From positions 8,488-72,487 of the forward strand of contig CAYHCW010000001.1 of the NCBI GenBank assembly GCA_964355025.1: 64,000 bases of DNA. Direction: 5' to 3'. A program made the position numbers and the translations under genes. The first letter of the stretch is position 1, and each line of letters starts with the position of its first letter. A model generated the notes under the pieces. It made no database searches. It was given only the letters and a program-made list of their open reading frames with translations, and was not told the origin of the DNA. The stretch comes from an uncultured Gemmatimonas sp. Its GTDB lineage: Bacteria; Gemmatimonadota; Gemmatimonadetes; Gemmatimonadales; Gemmatimonadaceae. Below, in pieces: positions 26,611-35,700 of the stretch.

Positions 26611-27450
26611 TCAGTTGCCCAGGGTGATGCCGCACGACGCGGCGACCGCGCTTGCGGGCGTGAGGTTCGCTTCGACCTCGTACATGGCCTTGGCGAGCGC
26701 GTCGCGGCGCTCGCTGGAGAGGCCGCCCTTCACGAGCTCGCTCCGGCCCTTGTCGAGAAACTCGGCGCGCTGGCGCATGATGGCGTCGTTGCCGTTCGCG
26801 CCGGCCTCGCCCGGGTGCTTGAGCGGCTCGAAGCCACGGAGCGAGCGCGGGGCGAGCGGCAGCTCAAGCGCCTTGGCGATGGCGTCGACGTGGTTGCGCA
26901 GCGTGGCGGCCTCAGCCTTCTGCGCGACGAACGCCTTGCAGAGCAGCCGATTCGTCTCGGCGACGGCCGAGAACGCCTCGGTGAGCTTCACGGCGTGGTC
27001 GGTCGCAGCGGCGATGACCTCGTCCGACTTGGCGACGACGGCGGCGGTGCCGATCTGGAAGCCCTTGTAGATGCGGTCGGGATCGTCCTCGGCGGGCATC
27101 TCGGGCGGCTCGCCCGGTTCGGCGGCGTCGCTGAGCGCATCGGCCGCCTTGTGGAGCTCGTCCATGGCGTCGTCCATGGCTTTGAGGAGGTCGTCCGACT
27201 CGGTCTCGTCCACGTCGGCCGTGACTTCGCCGCGCGTGATGGCGCCCTTGACGATGTCGTCGACCATCGTCTCGGTGAGGCCCTTGGCGAGGAGCTCGCC
27301 GCGCAGCGCCATCGAGGTCTTCGGGCCGATGCCGAGGTCGTCCTCGCACTCGCCCTTCTGGATGGCCGTCGCCGCTGCCGCCTTGGCGTTGTCCTCGGAG
27401 AGGCCGTTGCTCTTGAGGAGGTCGATGAGCGCGGTCGCCTTGATCTTCAT
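26611..27450 (-). CDS. Scaffolding protein
   Basis: ATG 27450 (ATGA overlap with the protease stop). 279 aa, acidic, Ala/Glu/Asp/Lys-rich and helical in character. Lies between protease and capsid. The N-terminal extension of the ORF-track entry was rejected. Confidence 0.55.
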   Translation of the reverse strand: MKIKATALIDLLKSNGLSEDNAKAAAATAIQKGECEDDLGIGPKTSMALRGELLAKGLTETMVDDIVKGAITRGEVTADVDETESDDLLKAMDDAMDELHKAADALSDAAEPGEPPEMPAEDDPDRIYKGFQIGTAAVVAKSDEVIAAATDHAVKLTEAFSAVAETNRLLCKAFVAQKAEAATLRNHVDAIAKALELPLAPRSLRGFEPLKHPGEAGANGNDAIMRQRAEFLDKGRSELVKGGLSSERRDALAKAMYEVEANLTPASAVAASCGITLGN

Positions 27451-28238
27451 GCAGCCCTCTTCTTCGTCAGTGCGCCGAATAGGCGCTCCGTTGCTTCTTT
27501 CCAGGTGAGGTTGGGGAACTGACGGCACATCGCAGCGACCGCGCAGTCCTCGTCGGTCATGTCCTTGAGGAGCTTTCGGCGCGCGGGCGAGCCCGACGTC
27601 TGCGTCATGAGCGGCGCGAGCTCGCCGGAGGCGCCGTCGCCGCCCGTGTACGCCTGGCCGTGGAGCGGCACGCCGACGGCGCCCGCCATGAGCGAGGCCA
27701 TGATGGGGTCGAAGGTGCAGCCGAGGTTGCGCGGCGCCGAGGTCACGGCGAGGTTGTGGACCGTCCACCGGAGGATGCGCTTCGCGTTCTCCGGGTCGCG
27801 CTCGTCGGCGTTGCCCTCGATGCTGACGCCGAGGCGCGTGCGCGCGCCCGACTTCTTGAGCGCGACGGCCTTCTCGTAGGCGCGGCGACCGGCAATGTCA
27901 GCGAGGAAGAGGTCGGCGATGACCTTCGTCGCGGGCTTGCCCTTCTCGATGCACGGCTCGATGCCGACGGGCTCGCCGACGATGTTGAAGACGCCGGCCG
28001 GGTGCTCGATGGTGAGCTTGCCGTGCGAGAGGAAGGGCGCCCAGTTGCCGCCCTTCTGCACGAGCGTCTCGCCGTCCTGGTCTTCATGCTCCGTCGACCC
28101 GATGGCGATGACGCGTCCGAGGCCCTTACCGCTCGCGAGCTTCTGCGCGGCCTTGGCGAGGTCGTCGCCAAGGTCGAACTCCAGCCATCGCCAGCAGGGC
28201 GCGGCGAGTCCGAACGGATTTGCGAGCACGTCGGGCAC
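27447..28238 (-). CDS. Prohead protease (HK97-type serine protease-like)
   Basis: 263 aa. GTG start with a GGGAGG RBS. TIEHPAGVFNIVGEP..ADLFLADIAGRRAYEKAVALKKSG..LGVSIEGNA fits the prohead-protease pattern. Position is upstream of the scaffold. Confidence 0.55.
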   Translation of the reverse strand: MPDVLANPFGLAAPCWRWLEFDLGDDLAKAAQKLASGKGLGRVIAIGSTEHEDQDGETLVQKGGNWAPFLSHGKLTIEHPAGVFNIVGEPVGIEPCIEKGKPATKVIADLFLADIAGRRAYEKAVALKKSGARTRLGVSIEGNADERDPENAKRILRWTVHNLAVTSAPRNLGCTFDPIMASLMAGAVGVPLHGQAYTGGDGASGELAPLMTQTSGSPARRKLLKDMTDEDCAVAAMCRQFPNLTWKEATERLFGALTKKRAA

Positions 28239-28261
28239 GCGACCTCCCGGTTTCCGGAAGC

Positions 28262-28305
28262 CAAAAACGCAAAAAGGGCACGAGCTGCGGGGGCGCTCGT
28301 GCCCT
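28262..28305 (-). terminator. Intrinsic terminator (minus strand) inside the head module
   Basis: 11-bp perfect stem AGGGCACGAGC (28275-28285) / GCTCGTGCCCT (28295-28305) with a 9-nt loop. On the minus strand it is followed by TTTTTGCGTTTTTG (28262-28275). Confidence 0.6.
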
Positions 28306-28342
28306 TTATGGGCTTCAACTCACGGGTAACCTGTCGGACGCC

Positions 28343-28372
28343 AGCGTAAATCCGCTACGCGGCCGTTGTCAA
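28343..28372 (-). promoter_or_regulatory. Sigma70-like promoter candidate TTGACA-N18-TACGCT
   Basis: Minus strand: TTGACA (28367-28372, overlapping the Zn-ribbon stop codon) and TACGCT (28343-28348). It lies about 40 nt upstream of the terminator hairpin. Confidence 0.3.
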
Positions 28373-28581
28373 GCCGAAATGAGGGTTGCCAACAGGGGGA
28401 GGGTGGAGATTTCGCGGCAGTGGTGGCAACGGAGCTGCACGCGGTCGACGTAGACGAAGAGCGCACGACCTTGCACGTGGAGCCGAATACTGCCGTCGGG
28501 CGCGGCCACGCCGAGCGGTCCGTCGCACGCGGTGCAACGGATGAGCACGAGCTGCGCAGCGTCGGCCACCGCAGCACTCAC
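28369..28581 (-). CDS. Small zinc-ribbon protein
   Basis: 70 aa from a GTG overlapping the MuF stop (GTGA). Two CxxC pairs (RCTACDG .. RCHHCRE). Confidence 0.4.
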   Translation of the reverse strand: MSAAVADAAQLVLIRCTACDGPLGVAAPDGSIRLHVQGRALFVYVDRVQLRCHHCREISTLPLLATLISA

Positions 28582-29597
28582 GCGGCGAGCTCCAAGCCCC
28601 AGTCGTCGGCGAAGCGCATGCCGGGAGGTATGCTTTGCGTTGTACAGTTGCAATTGGGATGTACCGGCCACAGTGAAGCGACCCAATCTCGCCGCGCGCG
28701 CCCGACGTTCACGCCGTTGCCCACGAGCTCGGCCACGGTGAAGATGCGCGGCTTGCCGTCGTCGCCGAGGAAGAGGCGCCGGCAGTCGGGGCACGCGTCG
28801 GCGTTCGGAATGCGGGCCACGCGCGCTTCGGCGCCGTAGGTGCGGAGTGCTTCGATGGCCGCGCCGTCGTTCGCAACGCCTTGAAGCTCCGTGCGGGCGA
28901 TGCGCCGCCAGTTGCGGGCGTAGTCGCCGGTGCGGTTGGCGAGGTTCGAGGCGAGCTTCTCGGAGCTGAGGCCGCCCGCGACGGCGTCGGCCGTCTCCTC
29001 GCGGATGATGCGGGCGCCGGCCGCGCGCTGCTCGGCGCTGGCCTCGGTCGCGATGTGCTCGCCATCCCATTCCTCGGCGACGAGCTGCCCGATGTCCTCG
29101 GCGACGTAGTTACCGAGGCCGCGCGCGTACTCGCCAGCGCGGGTGCGCGCCTGAATCCACGCCTCACGCGTCGCCTCGTCGAGGCCCGGGGGCGGCGCCG
29201 GTATCGGGAGCCCGCCGATGGGCGGTCCCGGCGGAAGCGCCGGAGGTGGCGGCGCACCGGGCGGCGGAAGCTCGGGCGGCTCGAGGTCGATGTGCGGCCC
29301 GACGATGGTGGGCCGCATGACGGCGATGGGCGCCACGGCCGTGGACGTCGTTGCAGCCGTTGCCATCGCCTGCACGACGGCGTTGACGCGCGGCACCCAT
29401 GCAGCGAGAGGTGCGGCGCGGAGCGCGGGAAGCTCAGGGGGCGGCGCGGCGGCGAGTATCTGCCCGGCGATGAGCGCGAAGAGGAGCGGGTCGATGGTCG
29501 TGCCAGTCACGTGCGCCGCAAGGAGCGCGGGCACGAGCGCGGCGTGCGCGCGGTCCGCAGCGTCCATGGCCGCGCTGACGGCCAGCTCCACCGTCAT
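28578..29597 (-). CDS. MuF / SPP1 gp7-like minor head (head morphogenesis) protein
   Basis: WRRIARTELQGVANDGA and WPVHPNCNCT are hallmark MuF-family motifs. There is a long Pro-rich linker in the N-terminal half. Confidence 0.7.
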   Translation of the reverse strand: MTVELAVSAAMDAADRAHAALVPALLAAHVTGTTIDPLLFALIAGQILAAAPPPELPALRAAPLAAWVPRVNAVVQAMATAATTSTAVAPIAVMRPTIVGPHIDLEPPELPPPGAPPPPALPPGPPIGGLPIPAPPPGLDEATREAWIQARTRAGEYARGLGNYVAEDIGQLVAEEWDGEHIATEASAEQRAAGARIIREETADAVAGGLSSEKLASNLANRTGDYARNWRRIARTELQGVANDGAAIEALRTYGAEARVARIPNADACPDCRRLFLGDDGKPRIFTVAELVGNGVNVGRARRDWVASLWPVHPNCNCTTQSIPPGMRFADDWGLELAA

Positions 29598-29875
29598 CGC
29601 GTCACGGCGGCGATGACCTCGCGCTGGAGCGCGGCGAGTCGCTCGCGGTAGAGGTCTGCCATGTGGTCCGCGAGGTCGTCAAACACGCGAGCGGCGCCGT
29701 CGGCGGGGAGTAGTGGCAGCGGCGCGTGCACGTGCGCCTTGACGAGGGCGGCTTCGGCCTCGGGCAAGTCGCGCGCGGCGACCTCGGCCAGCCCGCAGAG
29801 CGCCTTGGCGAGCTTGCCGCCTGCGCCAGGAGCTCGGGCCTCGCCGGGGTAGCTCTCGACGAGGTGGAGCTTCAC
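29594..29875 (-). CDS. Hypothetical 93-aa protein
   Basis: GTGA/ATGA coupling on both sides. No motif recognised. Confidence 0.35.
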   Translation of the reverse strand: MKLHLVESYPGEARAPGAGGKLAKALCGLAEVAARDLPEAEAALVKAHVHAPLPLLPADGAARVFDDLADHMADLYRERLAALQREVIAAVTR

Positions 29876-32724
29876 GCGGCCTCGCGACGGTAGAGGTAGC
29901 TGCGGGCGCCCGACTTCGCGAGCGCGGCGCTCGGCGCTTGCCCGCGTCGGATGATGAAGCGCGGCGTGCCGAGTTGCGCCGACTTCACTGCGTCGCGAAT
30001 CGGCGCGATGAGGTGCCGCTCGCCGTCGGCGCGCTTGACCACGATGGGCTTGCCGGGCCCGGCGTGGTGAATCTGGACGTCGCCCTTGGCGCCGGCGAGC
30101 GCGGCGTGGAGGAGGTGCTTGTCGACGCGGATGGTCGACGGCTCCTGCGTGTGGTCCTCGGCGGCGTACATGGCCGGGGACGTGCCCTCGCCCTGGATGT
30201 ACATGCCGTCCTTGCCCGAGACGAGCGATGCGTACTTGCCCTCGTTGAGCTTCGACACGGCGTGCAGTTGCTTGGCGTCGAACGTGTGGCCCGGTTGCGC
30301 CTCGGCCTCGGCCGCCATCTCCAGGACGGCTTTGCCGTAGTTCTTGCCGTCGGCCTCGCCGCCCGAGGTCGCGTGCAGCCCTTCGCGCGCTCCCGGTGCA
30401 GGCACGATGACCGCGCGCGAGCCGTTGGTTGCGACGGCGTGGCCGCCGGCGACGTGGAGGTGCTTGAGGTTCGCCCGGTCGTCGTCCGCGCCAGCCACGA
30501 ACGCCGAGAGGCGCTTGCGCGTCTCGGCGGGGAGGTCGCCCTCTTTCGTCGTAGCCGTCGGCTTCGCCTTGCCCGCCACCTTCGCTGCGGCGATGCTCGC
30601 CGCGACGGCTTCAGGCGTGACGTTCTTCGCCTTGCCGGAGACGACGTCGGGCGCGTGCGCCTTGAGCGCTTCGAGGGTCTTCGCGTGCTCGCGATGGCCC
30701 GCAAGCGCTGCGATGTAGCTCGCCATGGCCGCGTCGGCGTCCTTCGGGACGTTGCCTGCGGCCTGCCGGTGCTTCGCGGCGGCGCTCCGGAGGGCCTGCG
30801 TGGCAGGCTCCGCGCCCGCGGCCTCGCTGACGGCGTCGAACTCGTCGGCCTGCACATCGAGCTTGTCGGCGGTCTTGTGCTGCGTCGCTGCCCACTCGGT
30901 ATCGCCCTTGTGCTGGCCCGTCGCGCGCTCGCGAATCGCGTCCACGACCTCGTGCAGGTTGCCGTGGAGCGAGCGGTCCTTCCCGGTCGTGAGGAACTTG
31001 ACGCGCTGCGCGAGGCCCTTGGCGTCCGATGTCGGCATGCCACCGACGGGCGTTTTTAGCGCGGTATCGGCGCCGTACGTGGCCGACCGAGCGGCGTTCT
31101 GCGCCGCAGCGGTGGCGGCGGCGCCGATGTGGTCCATGGTCGTGTCGCTGCTCTGATGCGGCCCGTAGCCGTCGGCGGCGAGGTGGGCGGCTTCGAGCCG
31201 TCGCGAAAGGCCGTCGGCCTTGACGTCCTTGCCGGTCCGCTTCTTGACGCGGTCCGCGATGGCCGCGTCGAGCCTCTTCACGACTTCGCCGTGATTCGGC
31301 GTGTGCGCGTAGACGCCCTTGCGGTCCTCTTTCGGCAGGAGGATGTCGGAGCCACGGTCCTCGGACTCAGCGGGCTTCGGCGGCTCCTCTTTGGCAACCT
31401 TGGTTCCACCGGGCTCAACGGCGGTTGCGGGCTTGCTTGCCCCGAGCTTCGCGATGACCTTCGCCGCCGTGTCCGTTCGGTCCATGTGCAGATTGCGATG
31501 CTGAATCTTCTGGCCGACCATCGCTTCGACGGCGCGCTTGCCGTTCGCGCCGTCGCCGTACAGCTCGACGTGCTCCGCGCCGTACTCGCCCATCTCGCCG
31601 GCGATGTCGTCGATGGCCTTCGCCTTCTCGCCTTCGCTCGGAATCTTCACGAGGTCGAAGTGCTTGGCGTCCTCGTCGCTGAGCGCGTGCGGATACGTCA
31701 CGGTTCCGTGCGCGGCGAAGTCAGCATGCTTCCCGAACTCGGTGAAGCCCTTGGGGACGGTTGCGAATCCAGGAGGCCGGAGCGTTGCGCCGTAGGTGTG
31801 GCTTTCGGCCAGTGCTTTCGGCGCTGGCTTCTCGGGCGCCGCTTCGGCAGCGGGCTTTGCCGCATCGCCGCTCGTGAGTTTTGCGAGCTCTTCCTTCTTC
31901 CCGTCGACCTGCTTCTGCATCCACGATGCGTTGCCGGCGCCGACCGACTTCGCGCGCTTGACGGCGGCCTCGCCGCGCTCGATGTCGCCCTTGAGCTTGG
32001 CGATGTGGTCGGTGTCGGCAGATTGCGCCGCAGCGCCCGCGACGGCTTCAATCTGCCGCGCGAAGTCCTGTTCATCGGCGTGCGTACCCGACGTACCGCG
32101 AATCTTCTGCGCCAGCGCGTGAAGCGCCGTCTTCTCGGCGGGCGTGAATGGGGCGCCGTCCATGAGGTCGTCGATGCGCTTCGGGGTCAGCGCCGCTTCC
32201 TTGACACGGTAGCGGTCGGCCATCTCCGCGATGGAGGCGATGTCCAGTCCGCCGTGCGGCGACTTCTTCGTCTCGTGCTCCTTCGCTGCCGCAGCTCGAG
32301 CGTCGGGCGCCATCCGCCGCACCGTGAGCGGCAGCTTGGCGTTCTTCGCGTGGGCCGCGATGGCCTTCTCATGGTGCGCTCGGAGCTTCGCCGCCAGCTC
32401 GTGCTTGTGCAGCGTCTCGGTCTTGCCCGTCTCGTCGTGCTTGACCGTCACGCGGCCGTCGCCGTGGTCGTGCGTGATTTCAAGGTGTCCGCCCTCGTGC
32501 TTGAACTTCGAGCCGACCTGCATGTGCTCTTCGTGCTCGACGCCGTGCCCGTGCTGCACCTGGTAGAAGTAGCGCCAGCGCCCATTCGCTCCGCGCACGC
32601 GCTTGATGTACTTGTGGGAAAGGCCTTTGAAGATGGGCCCGAACGTCCCGCCGAGCATGCGCTCTTGAGCCTTCCACAGGGTCCAGCCGTAGCGCTCGGG
32701 AAGCTCCCACTCGATGAGCATCAC
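29872..32724 (-). CDS. Giant virion-module protein P950 (shared N-terminal module; C-terminal clamp-like segment)
   Basis: 950 aa with ATGA overlap to the upstream gene. N-terminal module HKYIKRV..RYFYQVQHG..GGHLEITH..VKHDETGKT..AHHEKAIAAHAK is shared with the next two ORFs. The Ala/Lys-rich helical middle is unassigned. Confidence 0.6.
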   Translation of the reverse strand: MMLIEWELPERYGWTLWKAQERMLGGTFGPIFKGLSHKYIKRVRGANGRWRYFYQVQHGHGVEHEEHMQVGSKFKHEGGHLEITHDHGDGRVTVKHDETGKTETLHKHELAAKLRAHHEKAIAAHAKNAKLPLTVRRMAPDARAAAAKEHETKKSPHGGLDIASIAEMADRYRVKEAALTPKRIDDLMDGAPFTPAEKTALHALAQKIRGTSGTHADEQDFARQIEAVAGAAAQSADTDHIAKLKGDIERGEAAVKRAKSVGAGNASWMQKQVDGKKEELAKLTSGDAAKPAAEAAPEKPAPKALAESHTYGATLRPPGFATVPKGFTEFGKHADFAAHGTVTYPHALSDEDAKHFDLVKIPSEGEKAKAIDDIAGEMGEYGAEHVELYGDGANGKRAVEAMVGQKIQHRNLHMDRTDTAAKVIAKLGASKPATAVEPGGTKVAKEEPPKPAESEDRGSDILLPKEDRKGVYAHTPNHGEVVKRLDAAIADRVKKRTGKDVKADGLSRRLEAAHLAADGYGPHQSSDTTMDHIGAAATAAAQNAARSATYGADTALKTPVGGMPTSDAKGLAQRVKFLTTGKDRSLHGNLHEVVDAIRERATGQHKGDTEWAATQHKTADKLDVQADEFDAVSEAAGAEPATQALRSAAAKHRQAAGNVPKDADAAMASYIAALAGHREHAKTLEALKAHAPDVVSGKAKNVTPEAVAASIAAAKVAGKAKPTATTKEGDLPAETRKRLSAFVAGADDDRANLKHLHVAGGHAVATNGSRAVIVPAPGAREGLHATSGGEADGKNYGKAVLEMAAEAEAQPGHTFDAKQLHAVSKLNEGKYASLVSGKDGMYIQGEGTSPAMYAAEDHTQEPSTIRVDKHLLHAALAGAKGDVQIHHAGPGKPIVVKRADGERHLIAPIRDAVKSAQLGTPRFIIRRGQAPSAALAKSGARSYLYRREAA

Positions 32725-35700
32725 GCCACCTTGCGCGGCTGCGCCGCCGACTTGAGGAGGTCGCCGATGATGGCGCCGAAGGGCCCGCGGTAGAGGCCCG
32801 GCGAGGTCCCGCCGCCGAAGACGGCGTTGAGGTGCTCGTTGCCGATGCGCCAGCCCTTGCCGTGTTGGGCGTGGTCATCGAAGCGCGCGCCAGGCGCCTT
32901 GCGCTTGATGTCCTCGTAGTGCTGGCGCGTGTTGCCGGTGATGAAGGTGTGCGTCGTGCCCATCGGGTGCAGACGCAGGCCCTTGTCAGCGGCGCTCTGA
33001 TGATGCGCGGGCGACGGCGCGGTGGGCGGTAGCTGCGGCTTGCCGACCGTCGAAATGGGCGGCACCACGGGTGGCGGCTGCGTCGCGCCAGCGGCCGCCT
33101 CGAGGTGCTTCGGCCGGAGCGGAACCGTGGCCTTCGCGCCCGTGTCCGGGTGCGTGTACTCGACGTGGTGCTTCTCGCCGTCGTGCCCCGTGACCGTACC
33201 CGTCCAGTTGCCGCCGTGGCCCATGTCTTCGAGGAGCTCTTGCGCGGCGGGCGTCGGCTTCACCTTGGCGCCGACGGCGTGGTGACCTGCGGGCAGCGCG
33301 GGCGCCGACGGCGCGGTGGTCTTCGGTGTGGGCGGCGGTGCGACGGGCGCGGAAGGCGTCGGCTGCTGGCCGAACGCCGTGCCGAGCGGACCGGGCTTTG
33401 GCGCGGGCGCTTCCGCCCCGGCAGCGGGCTTCGCCGTGCCCGCGACCTCGATGTCATCGACGTGGGCCGAGTGTCGAATCGGGCCGTAGTAGTAGCCGCC
33501 CGTGCTGGGTCGCTCGACGGTGACCTCGCCGCTGCCATCATGCGACACGATGGATGCTTCGCCGTTCCACCGGCCACCCGTATGCGTCACCTTCGTTCCG
33601 ATGGGCGGCGGGTCGGGAGGGATGTAGCCCGGGATGTCTCGCGGGCGCACGCTGCCACCGATTTCGTCGACCGTCAGCGGCGTGACCTTGACGTCGTGCA
33701 CGGCGAGCTTCTCGGCGAGCTTGACGACCTGGTCGTGCCCGTCGGCCGTGGCGCCTCGGATGCCCGCGATGCGGCCCGCGCTGGCCTTGTGGTGCTTGCG
33801 CATGCCGTAGAGGTTGTACTGACCGTTGCTGCGGCGGCGGACATCGATACCGACGGTCGCGAGCTGCGCGGCGGCACGGCGCACGCCCGTGTCGGCTGCG
33901 GCGGCCTTCTTCTTCATGCGCTCGCGATGGCCCTCGCCGATGACGTCGCGACCCGCCTTGCGGGCTTCGGCGACGCGGCGAAAGTGCGCGTAGGCGTCGG
34001 CGGCGGCGGCCTGGATGGCGGCCTTCTTGATCTGACCCGCCGTCATCGGCTCGTCGTCGCCTTCCTCGCCGGCGGGCCCGTCGCCCTCGGCGCCGTCGAG
34101 CGCGCCTTCGAGCCCCTTGTCGATGTCCTCGGCGTCGTCGTCGCCGCCGAACTCGAACGCGGCGAGGGACGCCGCCGAGTCGTTTGCGCCGGGGTTGCCG
34201 TCCACGAGCGAGCCCATGCGCTGCGCCCGCTCGGCGACGCGCGAAGCGTTCTTCCGCTCGACGGGATGGTCGCCGACGATGTAGGTGATGTTGGCCCGCG
34301 ACTTCGAGCCGACGCGGTACATGCGGCCGTTGACCTGCTCCATCTTCGCGGCCGACCACGGCAGCGAGAGGTTGATCATCTCGCGCTGCGCGTCGCCACG
34401 GATGTCGTGGAGCGAGAATCCCGTGCCCGCCTTGTCCATCGTGCAGACGACGACCTTCTTGGTTCCCGCCTGAAAGGCCTTCTGCTCCTCGACGGGGTCC
34501 TTGTTCGTGCCGCCGTGGATTTCCGCGACCGCGCCGACGCCGCCGAAGGTCTCGACGAGCTTCTTGACCGGGTTGATGACGGGCGGAAGGTTCTTGAGCT
34601 TCTCGTCGATGCGGCCCGCGGCCATCTCGAAGGCGTGCGCCTGCGCGTGGTTCTCTTTCGCGCGCATCTTGGCCGCGCGGCGACGGAGCGAGCGGGCGAA
34701 GCCGAAGAGCTGCGAGTTCTTGTATTCCTTGTAGGACGTGAAGAATCCGACCTGCTTGCCCTCGGCGAGCGCCTTCTTGCCGCGCTCGATGGCCTCGTCC
34801 GCCTTGAGCGTCTCCCAATAGGCCTTGGCCCAGTTGGTCATGTGCGCCGAGAGGAGCGTCGGGTCCATGCCCGCGTCCTTGGCGATGGCGTGGACCTCGT
34901 CGGCGATCCGGAAGGTCGTTTGCGCGTGCTCGGGCAGGGCGTCGTCGCCGCCCGACATGACGTGGAAGCCCGTCTTGACGCCGCTCATGTCGATGCCCCG
35001 CTTGAGCGCGCGGCCGTCCACGAGGAGCGTGGCCGCGATGGCGGTCATCGGCTCGGCGCTCGACGGGTTCTCGATTTTCGCGGGCACGTCGCCGTAGCCG
35101 CTCGCGCCGGGCTTGACGACGGCGCCCGCCTTGGCGGCCCAATCGGCGAACTCGGGCCCCGTGCGGTAGAGGCCGAGGTGACGAAGGTAGTGCATGTCCA
35201 CGATGTTCGTGAACGGGGTCGCCGAGAGGTAGGCGACGTGCTGGCCGTGCGCCTGGAGCTGGACGCCGGCCTGCGCGCGCGCCGTGTCCGGGTTCGCCAT
35301 GTTGTGCGATTCGTCGAAGATGATGGTGTCGAAGTTGCGGAACTCGGGCTTGAGCCGCGCTTCGGTGACGGGCTTGCCGTCCTTCTTGTAGCCGATGACG
35401 ACGTTGTCGTAGAGCTCGCCGTAGCTCGCGATGAACGTGCCGTCGTCGGACGGGTGCACCTTGCGCTGCGCCTTGATGTTGAAGAGGTCGGCGGCATCGA
35501 CCCACTGCACTGAGAGGTTCTTCTTGCCGCCCTCGGGAATGACGATGAGGTTGCGCTTTCCGCCCTGCGCCACCATCGCCGTCAGCCCGAGAACGGTCTT
35601 GCCGAGCCCGGGGGAGTCCTGAATGGCGATGCCGTGGCCGCGCGCCCACGCGGAAAGCATCTGGCCGGCGCCGTACATCTGGTCATCGTTGACCTGCTGG

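Noticed and set aside
27451-27768. N-terminal extension of the scaffold ORF. Similar extensions occur at 18869..19735, 40134..41951, 41828..42454, 51005..51997 and 56524..57735.
   Set aside because: The extensions are Arg/Pro-rich and overlap the preceding gene. Internal ATG/GTG codons that coincide with the upstream stop codons (ATGA/GTGA) give clean, coupled starts.
33105-35649. 802-aa plus-strand ORF and 703-aa alternative-frame minus-strand ORF inside P1358.
   Set aside because: Both are Arg-rich low complexity. The chosen frame carries ordered SNF2 motifs (GLGKT, DESH, SATP), which I verified codon by codon.
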